Below are positions 46,860-56,571 of a stretch of 64,000 nucleotides of DNA, one piece after another. Location of the stretch: positions 678,494-742,493 of the forward strand of contig CAWJOA010000006.1 in assembly GCA_963844415.1 (NCBI GenBank), given 5' to 3'. Below the pieces are notes generated by a model, which saw nothing but the letters and a program-made list of their open reading frames with translations, did no database searches and was not told the DNA's origin. The stretch's first letter is position 1. The number at the start of each line of letters is the position of its first letter. Source of the DNA: an uncultured Chloroflexia bacterium. Its GTDB lineage: Bacteria > Chloroflexota > Limnocylindria > QHBO01. The position numbers and the translations under genes are program-made.

Positions 46860-48775
46860 CCCGGCGCGGCGGCGGTGGTGGTGGAGGCTTCTGGGGCGGC
46901 GGCGCGGAGCCCGATCTGACGCGTCGACCCGGTAGCGAGGGCCCGACGCTCCGCCGGATCGCCGGGTTCTTCCGGCCGTACCGAGGGCGCCTCGCGTTCA
47001 TCGCCGTCCTCATTCTGATCACCGTCGGCATCGGCGTCATCAACCCGATCCTGCTCGGGCTCGCCATCGACAACCTCGTGCCGGGCGGTGAGCAGGACCT
47101 CGGCCTCCTGTTCCTCCAGTGCGGGCTGATGATCGTGCTGCCGATCATCACCAGCGCCATCGGCGTGTGGCAGTCGTTCCTGTCGAACGTCGTCGGTCAG
47201 CGCGTCATGAACGACCTGCGCCTCGCGCTGTACCGCCACCTGCAGTGGATGCCGCTGCGCTTCTTCACCGAGACCCGCACCGGCGAGATCCAGAGCCGCA
47301 TCGCCAACGACGTCGGCGGCGTGCAGTCGGTCGTGACCGATACGGCCGCATCGGTCCTGAGCAACTTCGCCACCGTGGCAACCACCGTGATCGCGATGGC
47401 GATCCTCGACTGGCGCCTCACCGTGCTGAGCCTGGGCCTGCTGCCCGTGTTCGCCTACATCACCTACCGCGTCGGCAAGGTGCGCCGCGAGGTCAGCACG
47501 CTGACCCAGCGCTCGATGGCCGAGATGAGCGCCATCACCGAGGAGTCGCTGAGCGTGTCGGGGATCCTGCTGAGCAAGACGTTCGGGCAGCAGGAGGCAT
47601 CGATCGAGCGCTTCCGCGCCGAATCGCAGCGGCTCGGCGACCTCCAGATCCGTGGCCAGATGATCGGCCGCTGGTTCTTCGCGCTGATCGGCACCTTTTT
47701 CAGCATCATGCCGGCGTTCGTCTATCTGCTGGCCGGGATCCTGATCATCGGCGGCGACGAGAGCGTCACGATCGGCACGATCGTCGCGTTCACCACGCTC
47801 CAGTCACGCCTCTTCTTCCCGCTCGGGCAGCTGCTCAACGTGCAGGTCGAGATCCAGGGCGCCCTCGCGCTCTTCGATCGCATTTTCGAGTACCTCGAGA
47901 TGGATCACGAGATCACCGATGCGCCCGATGCCGTCGAGCTCACGCCGGCCGGCACCCGGGGCGAGGTGCGCTTCGAGAACGTCTCGTTCCGCTATCCGGT
48001 GGCCGAGGGCCAGCTCGAGGTCACCGACGAGATGGTCTCCGCGGAATCCGACGGGCGCGCGGTGCCGAGCCGGGTCATGCCCTTCGCGCTATCCGACATC
48101 ACGTACACCGCGGCGCCGGGTCAGCTCGTGGCACTCGTCGGGCCGTCGGGCGGCGGCAAGACGACGTCGACGTACCTGATTCCGCGGCTGTACGACGTGG
48201 ACGCCGGGTCGGTCCTGATCGACGGGATCGACGTGCGCGGGATCAAGCTCACCTCGCTCGGTCGCGTGCTCGGCTTCGTGACCCAGGAGACGTACCTCTT
48301 CCACGACACGGTGCTCGCCAACCTGCGCTACGCGAAGCCCGACGCGACGATGGCCGAGATCGAGGCCGCGGCACAGGCGGCCGCCATCCACGACCGCATT
48401 CTCGAGCTGCCGGGCGGCTACGACACCGTCGTCGGGGAGCGCGGCTACAAGCTGTCGGGTGGCGAGAAGCAGCGCGTCGCCATCGCGCGGGTGCTGCTCA
48501 AGGATCCGCGCATCCTCATCCTCGACGAGGCGACGTCGGCGCTCGACACGGTGAGCGAGCGGCTCATCCAGGCAGCGCTGGCGCGGCTGGAGCAGGGGCG
48601 GACGACGATCGCGATCGCGCACCGGCTGTCGACGATCCTGCGCGCGGACCAGATCCTCGTCATCCAGCGCGGTCGGATCGTCGAGCGCGGCACGCACGCC
48701 GAGCTGATTCGCCAGGAGGGCCTGTACGCGAAGCTGTACCGGGAGCAGTTCGCCGTCGAGGCGCGGGCGCGCTGA
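46856..48775 (+). CDS. ABC transporter ATP-binding/permease fusion (MsbA-like exporter)
   Basis: Six-TM domain followed by an NBD with GPSGGGKTT, LSGGEKQRVAIARVLL and ILILDEATSALD. ATGA overlap with the PIG-L gene. Gly7 run near the N-terminus. Confidence 0.9.
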   Translation: MTRRGGGGGGGFWGGGAEPDLTRRPGSEGPTLRRIAGFFRPYRGRLAFIAVLILITVGIGVINPILLGLAIDNLVPGGEQDLGLLFLQCGLMIVLPIITSAIGVWQSFLSNVVGQRVMNDLRLALYRHLQWMPLRFFTETRTGEIQSRIANDVGGVQSVVTDTAASVLSNFATVATTVIAMAILDWRLTVLSLGLLPVFAYITYRVGKVRREVSTLTQRSMAEMSAITEESLSVSGILLSKTFGQQEASIERFRAESQRLGDLQIRGQMIGRWFFALIGTFFSIMPAFVYLLAGILIIGGDESVTIGTIVAFTTLQSRLFFPLGQLLNVQVEIQGALALFDRIFEYLEMDHEITDAPDAVELTPAGTRGEVRFENVSFRYPVAEGQLEVTDEMVSAESDGRAVPSRVMPFALSDITYTAAPGQLVALVGPSGGGKTTSTYLIPRLYDVDAGSVLIDGIDVRGIKLTSLGRVLGFVTQETYLFHDTVLANLRYAKPDATMAEIEAAAQAAAIHDRILELPGGYDTVVGERGYKLSGGEKQRVAIARVLLKDPRILILDEATSALDTVSERLIQAALARLEQGRTTIAIAHRLSTILRADQILVIQRGRIVERGTHAELIRQEGLYAKLYREQFAVEARAR

Positions 48776-48791
48776 GTGATTGTCCAACGAG

Positions 48792-48820
48792 TTGACGTCT
48801 CCGCCTGTAGCCGCTAGAGT
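48792..48820 (+). promoter_or_regulatory. sigma-70-like promoter TTGACG-N17-TAGAGT upstream of the FtsX-type permease
   Basis: TTGACG 48792-48797 and TAGAGT 48815-48820. The -10 overlaps nested inverted repeats. Confidence 0.5.
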
Positions 48821-48867
48821 CTAGACAAACACTCTACAAAGACTCCACGCAAGAGCCGCGCCATTCC

Positions 48868-50007
48868 GTGCTTCCGCTCCAGATCGCCCGTCGCTTCCTC
48901 TGGCGGTCGAAGGTCCAGTCCGTGCTCATCCTGCTCGGGATTGCCGTCGGCATCGGCACGCAGGTGTTCGTCGGCTCGTTGATCAGCAGCCTCCAGACCT
49001 CGTTGATCGACACGACCGTCGGCACGAGCGCCCACGTCACCTTGACCGCCGACGAAGAGGGGGAGCGGCTCGCCCTCGACGACGAACTGCTCGCGCGCCT
49101 CGAGGATCCCGCCATCACCGCCGTCGTCCCGCAGCACCGGCTGTCGACGCTCGCCCGTGCCGGAGATGCGTCCGACCCGCTGGTCGTCCGGGTCATGGAC
49201 GCCGACGTGCGCGACACGATCTATGACCTTCCGCCCCGCGTGGTCGAAGGATCCGCGGACCCCGCTGAAGGCGAGCTGATCGTCGGGCTCGAGTATGCCG
49301 AGCAGGAAGAGGTCGAAGTCGGCGACGAGCTCGAGCTCCTGACTGATGACGGCGAGCGGCTTGTCGTCACAGTGGCCGGAATCTTCGACCTCGGCGTTGC
49401 GGCCATCAACGCGGGCACGGCATTCGCCGCGCCGGACTTGGCGCCCGCTGTGCTCGACCTGCCGGACGACGCCTTCGACCTCATCGAGCTCCAGGTGGCC
49501 GACGTCTTCGCCTCGGATGCGACCGCCGCCGAATTCGACCAGGTCGAGGGCGTGGCCGCGACCGATTGGCAGGCCGAGAACGCCGACCTCCTTACCGGGC
49601 TCCGGTCGCAGAGCGTCAGCTCGATCATGATCCAGGTCTTCGTGGTCATCGCAGTCGGGCTCGGGATCGCGTCGACGCTGGCAATCGCCGCCGTTCAGAA
49701 GACCCGCCAGATCGGCATCCTGAAGGCTCTTGGGCTCACGGACCGCGGAAGCGGCGCGGTGTTCGTCTGGCAGGCAGCCATCCTGGGAGGCGCGGGGACC
49801 GCGCTTGGGATCGCCGTCGGCTCGGGCCTGATCGCGGCGTTCGACGCCTCGGCCGCCGGATCCGATGCCCTCTTCCCGGTGTCGGTTGACCCGGCCTTCG
49901 CTCTTGCCAGCGCGTGCGTGGGCGTGGGGATCGCTCTGCTCAGCGCGCTCATTCCGTACCGCCGCACGTCGCGGCTCGATCCGATCGAGGTGATCCAGAA
50001 TGGCTGA
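48868..50007 (+). CDS. ABC transporter permease, FtsX/LolE/MacB type
   Basis: N-terminal IARRFLWRSKVQSVLILLGIAVGI, a large extracytoplasmic loop, and a C-terminal FtsX-like three-TM bundle. Confidence 0.85.
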   Translation: MLPLQIARRFLWRSKVQSVLILLGIAVGIGTQVFVGSLISSLQTSLIDTTVGTSAHVTLTADEEGERLALDDELLARLEDPAITAVVPQHRLSTLARAGDASDPLVVRVMDADVRDTIYDLPPRVVEGSADPAEGELIVGLEYAEQEEVEVGDELELLTDDGERLVVTVAGIFDLGVAAINAGTAFAAPDLAPAVLDLPDDAFDLIELQVADVFASDATAAEFDQVEGVAATDWQAENADLLTGLRSQSVSSIMIQVFVVIAVGLGIASTLAIAAVQKTRQIGILKALGLTDRGSGAVFVWQAAILGGAGTALGIAVGSGLIAAFDASAAGSDALFPVSVDPAFALASACVGVGIALLSALIPYRRTSRLDPIEVIQNG

Positions 50008-50695
50008 CCTGGTGGTGGCCGACGAGCTCGGCCGCAGGTATGGCGACGGAGACACCGCGACGCTCGCCCTAAGCAAAGCAAGCTTCGGTATCGGCGCCGG
50101 TGAGTACATGGCGCTGGTCGGCAGGTCGGGGTCTGGCAAGTCGACGCTGCTGAACCTGCTCGGTCTGCTGGACCGACCGTCGGACGGCCGGCTCTATCTG
50201 CTGGGCGAGCGTGTCGACCATCTCGACGATCGGCGGCGCGCCGCGCTGCGCAACCGGCACATCGGCTTCATCTTCCAGTTTCACCACCTGCTGCCCGAGT
50301 TCACGGTGCGCGAGAACCTGCTCATGCCGGCGCGGATCGCCGGCAACCGCGAGATGCGCGGCGCGCGGGCTTGGGCCGACGAGCTGGCGAACATGCTCGG
50401 TCTCGAGAGCGTCGTGGATCGCCCGGCCGATGCCCTGTCGGGTGGCCAGAAGCAACGCGTCGCCATCGGCCGTGCGCTAATGAACCGGCCAGACCTGGTC
50501 CTCGCCGACGAGCCGACCGGGAACCTCGACAGCCAGAACTCGGCGGCCGTGAACGCGCTCTTCCGACGCATGCATGCCGCAACGGGCACGACGTTCGTCA
50601 TCGTCACGCACGACGCAGGGCTGGCCGAGACCGCCGACAGAATCATCGAGGTCACCGATGGCACGATCGCGCGCGATACGCGCATGGCGGCCTGA
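50000..50695 (+). CDS. ABC transporter ATP-binding protein (LolD/MacB type)
   Basis: [56 protein letters not shown]. Confidence 0.95.
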   Translation: MADLVVADELGRRYGDGDTATLALSKASFGIGAGEYMALVGRSGSGKSTLLNLLGLLDRPSDGRLYLLGERVDHLDDRRRAALRNRHIGFIFQFHHLLPEFTVRENLLMPARIAGNREMRGARAWADELANMLGLESVVDRPADALSGGQKQRVAIGRALMNRPDLVLADEPTGNLDSQNSAAVNALFRRMHAATGTTFVIVTHDAGLAETADRIIEVTDGTIARDTRMAA

Positions 50696-50762
50696 GCCCG
50701 GCCGGTTCGAGGCGCGGCCAGCCAGGGAACCATCGGATCCGATGCGCGTGCCACACTGGCGC

Positions 50763-52806
50763 ATGCCGAACCGCCTCGCGGCCGAGACGAGCCCCTACCT
50801 GCTCCAGCACGCCAACAACCCCGTCGACTGGTACCCATGGGGCCCCGAGGCGCTCGAGCGCGCCCGCGCCGAGGATCGGCCGATCTTCCTCTCGATCGGC
50901 TACGCCGCGTGCCACTGGTGCCACGTCATGGAGCGCGAGTCGTTCGAGAACCCCGCCATCGCCGCGCAGATGAACGAGGACTTCGTCTCGATCAAGGTCG
51001 ATCGCGAGGAGCGGCCCGACCTCGACGACGTCTACATGGCCGCCGTGCAGGCGATGACCGGCTCGGGCGGATGGCCGATGACCGTCTTCCTGACCCCGAG
51101 CCTCGAGCCCTTCTTCGGCGGCACGTACTTCCCGCCCGAGGATCGCCACGGCATGTCGGGGCTGCCCCGCGTGCTCTCCGCCGTCGCCGATGCCTACCGC
51201 ACCCGGCGCAACGAGGTCGAGGAGCAGGCCCGCGCGCTGTCGGACCACCTGCGGGCACGGCTCGCGGTGCCGGCCGGAACGCAGGACGTCGAGCTGCGAC
51301 AGCTCGATGCCGCCGTTGCCCGCCTGGCCGCAACGTTCGACGCGACCAACGGCGGATTCGGCGGCGCGCCGAAGTTCCCCGCGCCGATGATCCTCGAGTT
51401 CCTGCTCCGCTGCTGGCGGCGCACGCGCGACGAAGCGACCCTTCGGATGGTGACGCGCACGCTGGACGCGATGGCCGATGGCGGCATCCATGACCAGCTC
51501 GGCGGCGGCTTCGCGCGCTACAGCACCGATGCGCACTGGCTCGTGCCGCACTTCGAGAAGATGCTCTATGACAACGCGCTGCTGGCCCACGCCTACCTGG
51601 AGGGCTACCGCGCCACCGGCGCGGACCGATACGCGCGCGTCGCGCGCGCGACGCTTGACTTCATGCTCGCCGAGCTGCGCACCGACGACGACGGGTTCGC
51701 GTCGGCGCTCGACGCCGACAGCGAGGGCGTGGAGGGGCGCTTCTACGCGTGGTCCTACGACGAGTTCATGACGGTCCTCACCGATGCGGGCCTCGATGAT
51801 GCCGATCGGGCCTTACTGGCCGATTACTGGGGGCTTACCGCGGCCGGCAACTGGGAGGGGACGAACGTCCTCCACCGCGCCGGTGCGGATCCCGGCGACG
51901 AGCTCGTCGAGCGCGGGCGCCGCGCCCTCCTCGACGCTCGCGCGCAGCCGGACGCGGCCGGCCCGCGACGACAAGCAGATCGCGTCATGGAACGGCCTGG
52001 CGCTGCGCGCGCTGGCCCACGGAGCCCTCGTGCTCCGCGACGAGCGATACGCCGACGCGACCCGATCGCTGGTGGCCTTCGTCGAGCGCGACCTCCTCCG
52101 CGACGACGATCGTCTGTGGCGGACGGTCCGCGACGGCCGCGGTGCCACGCCGGCGTTCGCCGAGGACTACCTGGCCCTGGCCGACGGGCTCCTCGGCGCG
52201 CACGCGGCCCTCGGGGATGCCGCGCCCCTGCTCCTCGCCCGCCGGCTGGCCGAGACGGCGATCCGCGACTTCTGGGACGACGAGGCGGGGACCTTCGTGG
52301 ACACCTCCGACGAGCACGACCGAACGGTTGCCCGGCCACGTGGTTTGGTCGACAACGCCACTCCGTCGGCGAACGCGATCGGTGCCGACCTGCTGCATCG
52401 CCTCGCGCTCCTGACCGGCGAGGAGGGCTTCGCGCGTCGCGCCTCCTCGATCGTCCGCGCCGTGGCGCCCGCCCTCGAGCAGCAGCCGAGTGCCTTCGGC
52501 CGCATGCTGAGCACGGCCGACCGGCTCATCGGCGAGCAGGTCGACGTCGTCGTCGCGACCGCGGCGGCCGGTGCCGGCGGGCGGGCACTGCGCGAGGCGG
52601 CGATCGGCCCGTTCGTGCCTGATCTCGTGCTCACCACGCTCGCGCCGGGCGATCCGCACGCCGAGTGGCCGCTGTACGCCGGCAAGGCGGCGCGGGACGA
52701 CGTGGCCACGGCGTATGCCTGCCGCGGCTACGCGTGCGACGCACCCACGAGCGACCCGGAACGGCTCGCCGAGCAGGTGGCCGCCCTCGGAGGTTCGTCG
52801 CCCTAG
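50763..52806 (+). pseudogene. thioredoxin-domain (DUF255/YyaL-like) protein, interrupted by a 1-nt insertion near 51945-51950
   Basis: [25 protein letters not shown] and [12 protein letters not shown]. After ...LLDARAQ the sequence continues in the +1 frame as [22 protein letters not shown]... to stop 52806. The span is 2044 nt (3n+1). Confidence 0.85.
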
Positions 52807-53219
52807 CCCTCCGGCGCGAGCTCCTGGAAGAGCGTGATCTGGAGGCCCGCCGGCGCGGCCAGCCGCGCGTTCAGCGACCGCCACGGCGTCTCGACCGGCG
52901 GGGCGATGAGCTCGGCGCCGGCGTCCACGAGCGCATCGGTCGCCGAGGACGAATCGGCGACCTCGAAGGCGACCCGCAGGCGTGGGGCAACCTGCCTGCC
53001 GACCTCGACCTCGTCGATCATCCGCTTCTGGGCCGGGTTGGCGATCTCGAGCGTGGCGCGGCCGGCATCGAGGATGGCGACCCGGGCGTCGCCGGCACCG
53101 CTGAACGATGCCTCCTCCCGCAGTCCGAGGACGTCGCGGAAGAAGCGGACGGCCTCCTCGTAGTCATCGGCCTCGACCACGAGGCGCATCTGGAGCACGC
53201 GTGGCGCATCGGTGTGCAT
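52803..53219 (-). CDS. VOC (glyoxalase/bleomycin-resistance) family protein
   Basis: 138 aa with a paired beta-alpha-beta-beta-beta pattern (AVRFFRDVLGL...ATLEIA...RVAFEV). Confidence 0.7.
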   Translation of the reverse strand: MHTDAPRVLQMRLVVEADDYEEAVRFFRDVLGLREEASFSGAGDARVAILDAGRATLEIANPAQKRMIDEVEVGRQVAPRLRVAFEVADSSSATDALVDAGAELIAPPVETPWRSLNARLAAPAGLQITLFQELAPEG

Positions 53220-53232
53220 CGGTCAACGATAG

Positions 53233-53643
53233 TCAGCCGGCGAGGAACGAGAGCATGACGCTGCGGCGGGCGTTGTCGCGGTTGGGGTCGAGCAGGGCGA
53301 CCGACTGCCAGGTGCCGAGCGTCATCCGGCCGCCGACGACCGGGACGACGAGCGACGGCGAGACGAGCAGCGGCAGGACGTGGTCTGCGCCGTGGCCGAC
53401 GCTGCCGTGGGCGTGCACCCAGCGATCGTCGCGCGGCAGGAGGCGATCGAGGGCCGCCTGGAGGTCCGGCTCGGTCCCGGCGCCAAGCTCGACGACCACG
53501 ACGCCGGCGGTCGCGTGTGGCACGAAGACGGTGAGCAGGCCGTCGGTCGCGTCGATCTCGGCCAGGAACCGAACGCAGTCGCCGGTCAGGTCCACCAGCG
53601 CTGGCGACCGCCCGGTGTCGATGGTCAGCTCACGCGTCTCCAT
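53233..53643 (-). CDS. yjbQ: YjbQ/UPF0047 family (secondary thiamine-phosphate synthase) protein
   Basis: GLLTVFVPHATAGVVVVE, and HGADHVLPLLVSPSLVVPVVGGRMTLGTWQSV. Confidence 0.85.
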   Translation of the reverse strand: METRELTIDTGRSPALVDLTGDCVRFLAEIDATDGLLTVFVPHATAGVVVVELGAGTEPDLQAALDRLLPRDDRWVHAHGSVGHGADHVLPLLVSPSLVVPVVGGRMTLGTWQSVALLDPNRDNARRSVMLSFLAG

Positions 53644-53645
53644 CC

Positions 53646-54098
53646 CTAGTCGCAGCCGGGGAACTCTTTCTCGCCGGCGTGCCGCTCGAAGCGCACGACC
53701 GAGCCGGACTCGGTCCGGAAGCGCAGCTCGTCCCCGATGACGACGATCACGCCACCGGTGGCGTTGATCATCTCGGAGTCGGTCTCCAGGTCGAGCGGCG
53801 CGCCGTTCGCGGTGGTGCCATCGAGCGGGTCCCAGAAGCTGCCGTCGACGTCGATCGGCGAGAACAGCCCGCAGTGCCCGAGGCTGAACGAGTGGGCGAC
53901 GGCCTCGTCGATCGGGAGGGACTGCGGCTGCAGGATCGTGCCGCCGTTCGGACCCTCCCGGCCCTCGGCGTGACCGGCCACGACCGGCAGGTCGCGGGGA
54001 TTCGCAACCGAGACGCCCTCGAATCCCGCCGGCGTCGCCTCCCCGGCGCAGGCGGAGAGCGCCAGCACGGCGAAGACGACCGCGAACCGATGGCTCAC
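53646..54098 (-). CDS. hypothetical lipoprotein
   Basis: Lipobox FAVLALSAC. GTG 54098 overlaps the ccsA stop (GTGA). No known domain recognised. Confidence 0.6.
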   Translation of the reverse strand: MSHRFAVVFAVLALSACAGEATPAGFEGVSVANPRDLPVVAGHAEGREGPNGGTILQPQSLPIDEAVAHSFSLGHCGLFSPIDVDGSFWDPLDGTTANGAPLDLETDSEMINATGGVIVVIGDELRFRTESGSVVRFERHAGEKEFPGCD

Positions 54099-54967
54099 GG
54101 CTGCCCGTACGAGTGCTCGCCGACGAAGAAGAGCCCGGCACCGATGTAGGTGAACAGCACGCCGGCGAAGCCGAGCACGATGAGCCACGGGGCGAGGCGC
54201 TGCCATCGGTCTCGTCGCGAGGCGACGTGGAGGTACGCGCCGAACACGAGCCACGTGGCCGCCGCGGCGAGCTCCTTGGGATCGTTGCTCCAGTACGAGC
54301 GCCAGGCGAGGTTCGCCCACACCGAGCCGAGAGCGATGGCGACCGTGAGGATCGGGAAGGCGATGAGGACGGACCGATGGCCGACGGCGCGGCACACCGC
54401 CGCCGACGGCAGTCCGCCGATGCGGTCGCCGCCGCGCGCCTGCGCGATCTCCGCGACGGCCGCCAGGAAGGCGACACCGGACACCGCATAGGCGAGCGCC
54501 GCCGTGCCGACGTGGATTGTCAGCAGGACCGGCTGCTGGAGCGCCGGGACGAGCGGGTCGACCCGGTCGTCGAACTGGAGCGCGAAGACGACGAGGCCGG
54601 CGGCCAGGATGGCGACCAGTGGCGCGAGGGAGGCGATCGGGTAGACGCGAGCGAGGAGCAGGTACGTCGCCACCAGCGCGGCCGCGAAGGCGAGGCTGAA
54701 CTCGTGGAGGTTCGACCACGGGGCGTGGCCGACGACGATCGCGCGGGCGACGAGCGCGACCACCAGCAGGACGAGCCCGCCAAGCAATCCCGCCAGCGCC
54801 GTCCGTTGGAGCAGCGCGCGCCGGGAGGGATCGACCTCGACCGATCCGCCCTCGGCCGTGGCGGCGGCCGGGGCCGGCGCGACGATCGCGGCACCGATCC
54901 CGGCGGCCGCGGCGGCGACGAGCGACGCGAGCGCTCCGATGATCAGGATCGGGATGAAGGTGGTCAT
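54095..54967 (-). CDS. ccsA: cytochrome c biogenesis protein CcsA/ResC (System II heme handling)
   Basis: Trp-rich signature WANLAWRSYWSNDPKE and a polytopic membrane layout. Confidence 0.85.
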   Translation of the reverse strand: MTTFIPILIIGALASLVAAAAAGIGAAIVAPAPAAATAEGGSVEVDPSRRALLQRTALAGLLGGLVLLVVALVARAIVVGHAPWSNLHEFSLAFAAALVATYLLLARVYPIASLAPLVAILAAGLVVFALQFDDRVDPLVPALQQPVLLTIHVGTAALAYAVSGVAFLAAVAEIAQARGGDRIGGLPSAAVCRAVGHRSVLIAFPILTVAIALGSVWANLAWRSYWSNDPKELAAAATWLVFGAYLHVASRRDRWQRLAPWLIVLGFAGVLFTYIGAGLFFVGEHSYGQP

Positions 54968-55003
54968 CGGTCTGCTCCGATCAGGGGCTGGACCGGCCGC
55001 CGG

Positions 55004-55414
55004 TCAGCCCGGGCGCGCGGTCCCCGCGGCGCCGGTCGGGGTGCCGCATCGGTAGCAGGACGCGTCGCTCGCGGCGAGGGTTGCGCCGCAGTTCGCGCAG
55101 TCGAGCAGCAGGTCGCGCTCGCACGCGGTGCAGAAGGTCGCTCCCAGCGGATACTGGAGCTGGTCGAAGGAGCAGTACGCGACGCCACGCGGCAGCTCGA
55201 GGGCCGCGGTCTCGCTCGACGAGGGAAGCTCGAGGACACGTCGTGGGGGGTGGCCCTCGGCGAGGCCGACCTGGCTCACGCGCAGGTAGCCGATGACGAG
55301 CCACAGGACATACAGGCCGAGCAGGCCGAGCAGGATCCACGGCGTGAGCGTGGCGCCGATCTGGGCGAGATCCTCCGCGAGGAACTCGATGAATTCCTTG
55401 ATGGACTCCAGCAC
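55004..55414 (-). CDS. single-pass membrane protein with a C-terminal double zinc ribbon
   Basis: GTG 55414 (VLESIKEF...), TM segment WILLGLLGLYVLWLVIGY, and CTACE...CANCG...CYRCG. The track ORF is extended to 55504. Confidence 0.6.
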   Translation of the reverse strand: MLESIKEFIEFLAEDLAQIGATLTPWILLGLLGLYVLWLVIGYLRVSQVGLAEGHPPRRVLELPSSSETAALELPRGVAYCSFDQLQYPLGATFCTACERDLLLDCANCGATLAASDASCYRCGTPTGAAGTARPG

Positions 55415-55421
55415 GGGGCCG

Positions 55422-55427
55422 ATTCTA
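55422..55427 (-). promoter_or_regulatory. -10-like hexamer TAGAAT 7 nt upstream of GTG 55414 (leaderless-type promoter)
   Basis: Minus strand reads gcTAGAATcggccccGTG. Confidence 0.45.
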
Positions 55428-55479
55428 GCATCGGGTTCGTGCGCTACACTCCGCCGACGAAACCAGCCAGCGGAGCCTG

Positions 55480-56553
55480 ATGTCGCGCCAGCGCCTCGAT
55501 CCACGCGTGCCGCTCTGCGAGCTCCACGTGCACCTCGGCGCGGCGGTCACTCCGGCGATCATGTGGGGCATCGCCCACGCCCAGGGCATCCGCCTGCCGA
55601 CGAAGGACTACTGGGCGTTCCGCGACCTCATCACCGTCGGCCGCCGGCGCAAGGGCTTCGACGCGTACCTCGACCTCTTCCACTGGACCGAGCTCATCCA
55701 GTCGAGCCCGACCGCGGTCGAGCGCAGCGTGTACGAGGTCATCGGCGGCGCCTATCGCAAGAACAACGTCACCCAGCTCGAGCTGCGCTTCAACCCGATG
55801 AAGCGCAACCGTGGCGGCGAGCAGGACCTCGACCACATCATCGCCGCGGCGGTCCGCGGCATGGACCGCGCGGTGCTCGAGTACCCCCAGGTGCGCGCCG
55901 GCCTGATCTTCTGCCTCGACCGCTCCTTCTCGCGGGACCTCAACGAGATCCTGGCCGCCAAGGCGATCGCGTGGCGCAGCCGCGGCGTGATCGGCATCGA
56001 CATCGCCGGTCCGGTCACCGATGGCTTCCGGTTCGCCGACTACACCGACATCTATCGCGAGTGCCGTCGGGCCGGGCTGGGCCTCACCGTCCATGCCGGC
56101 GAGACGGGCGGGGCCGACGAGGTTCGCCAGGCGCTCGAGGCGCTCGAGCCGGACCGCATCGGTCACGGCGTCCGCAGCGCCGAAGACCCGAGCGTGCTGG
56201 CGATGTTGCGCGAGCGGGGGACCGTGCTCGAGGTGTGCCCGAGCTCGAACCTGAACACCGGTGTGCTGGGGTCGCATGCCGAGCTGCGCCGGGTCGTCCG
56301 CGCACTCGTCGACGGCGGCGTCCGCTTCACGATCAGCACCGACGGGCCCGAGATGCTGCGCTCCTACCTGCGCGACGAGCTGGCGATGCTCATGCGTCAC
56401 GAGATCCTCTCGCTGGACGAGGTGCGGATGGCGATCGAGACCGGCGACCGGGCCAGCTTTCTCGACCGGGCGCCGGTGATCGACACCTCCGTCAGCGGGC
56501 GCGAATCCGGCGGCAACGGCCACGCGGCGATCCCCGTCGAGGTCGGCTCCTAG
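55480..56553 (+). CDS. add: adenosine/adenine deaminase family protein
   Basis: CELHVHLGAA, TVHAGE, RIGHGV, CPSSN, ISTDGP. Confidence 0.85.
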   Translation: MSRQRLDPRVPLCELHVHLGAAVTPAIMWGIAHAQGIRLPTKDYWAFRDLITVGRRRKGFDAYLDLFHWTELIQSSPTAVERSVYEVIGGAYRKNNVTQLELRFNPMKRNRGGEQDLDHIIAAAVRGMDRAVLEYPQVRAGLIFCLDRSFSRDLNEILAAKAIAWRSRGVIGIDIAGPVTDGFRFADYTDIYRECRRAGLGLTVHAGETGGADEVRQALEALEPDRIGHGVRSAEDPSVLAMLRERGTVLEVCPSSNLNTGVLGSHAELRRVVRALVDGGVRFTISTDGPEMLRSYLRDELAMLMRHEILSLDEVRMAIETGDRASFLDRAPVIDTSVSGRESGGNGHAAIPVEVGS

Positions 56554-56558
56554 GCTCG

Positions 56559-56564
56559 TATACT
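56559..56564 (+). promoter_or_regulatory. -10-like hexamer TATACT 7 nt upstream of GTG 56572 (leaderless-type promoter)
   Basis: cgTATACTgccggccGTG. Confidence 0.45.
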
Positions 56565-56571
56565 GCCGGCC

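Noticed and set aside
46865-46900. GGC/GGT run encoding Gly7 at the N-terminus of the ABC exporter, as a slippage-prone simple repeat
   Set aside because: The repeat is imperfect (ggc ggc ggt ggt ggt gga ggc), runs for only seven codons, and is in frame. Nothing suggests phase variation.
50700-50725. GGTTCGA string reminiscent of a tRNA T-loop
   Set aside because: The flanking bases (GCCGG / GGCGC) cannot form a T-stem, and no acceptor or anticodon arms are present. I saw no convincing tRNA anywhere in the window.
8286-51952. Programmed ribosomal frameshifting or transcriptional slippage as an explanation for the four split genes
   Set aside because: There is no shared slippery heptamer, no downstream pseudoknot and no conserved context. 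The indel types differ (three insertions, one deletion). None of these gene families is known to be recoded. Assembly error is more parsimonious, although I cannot prove it without reads.
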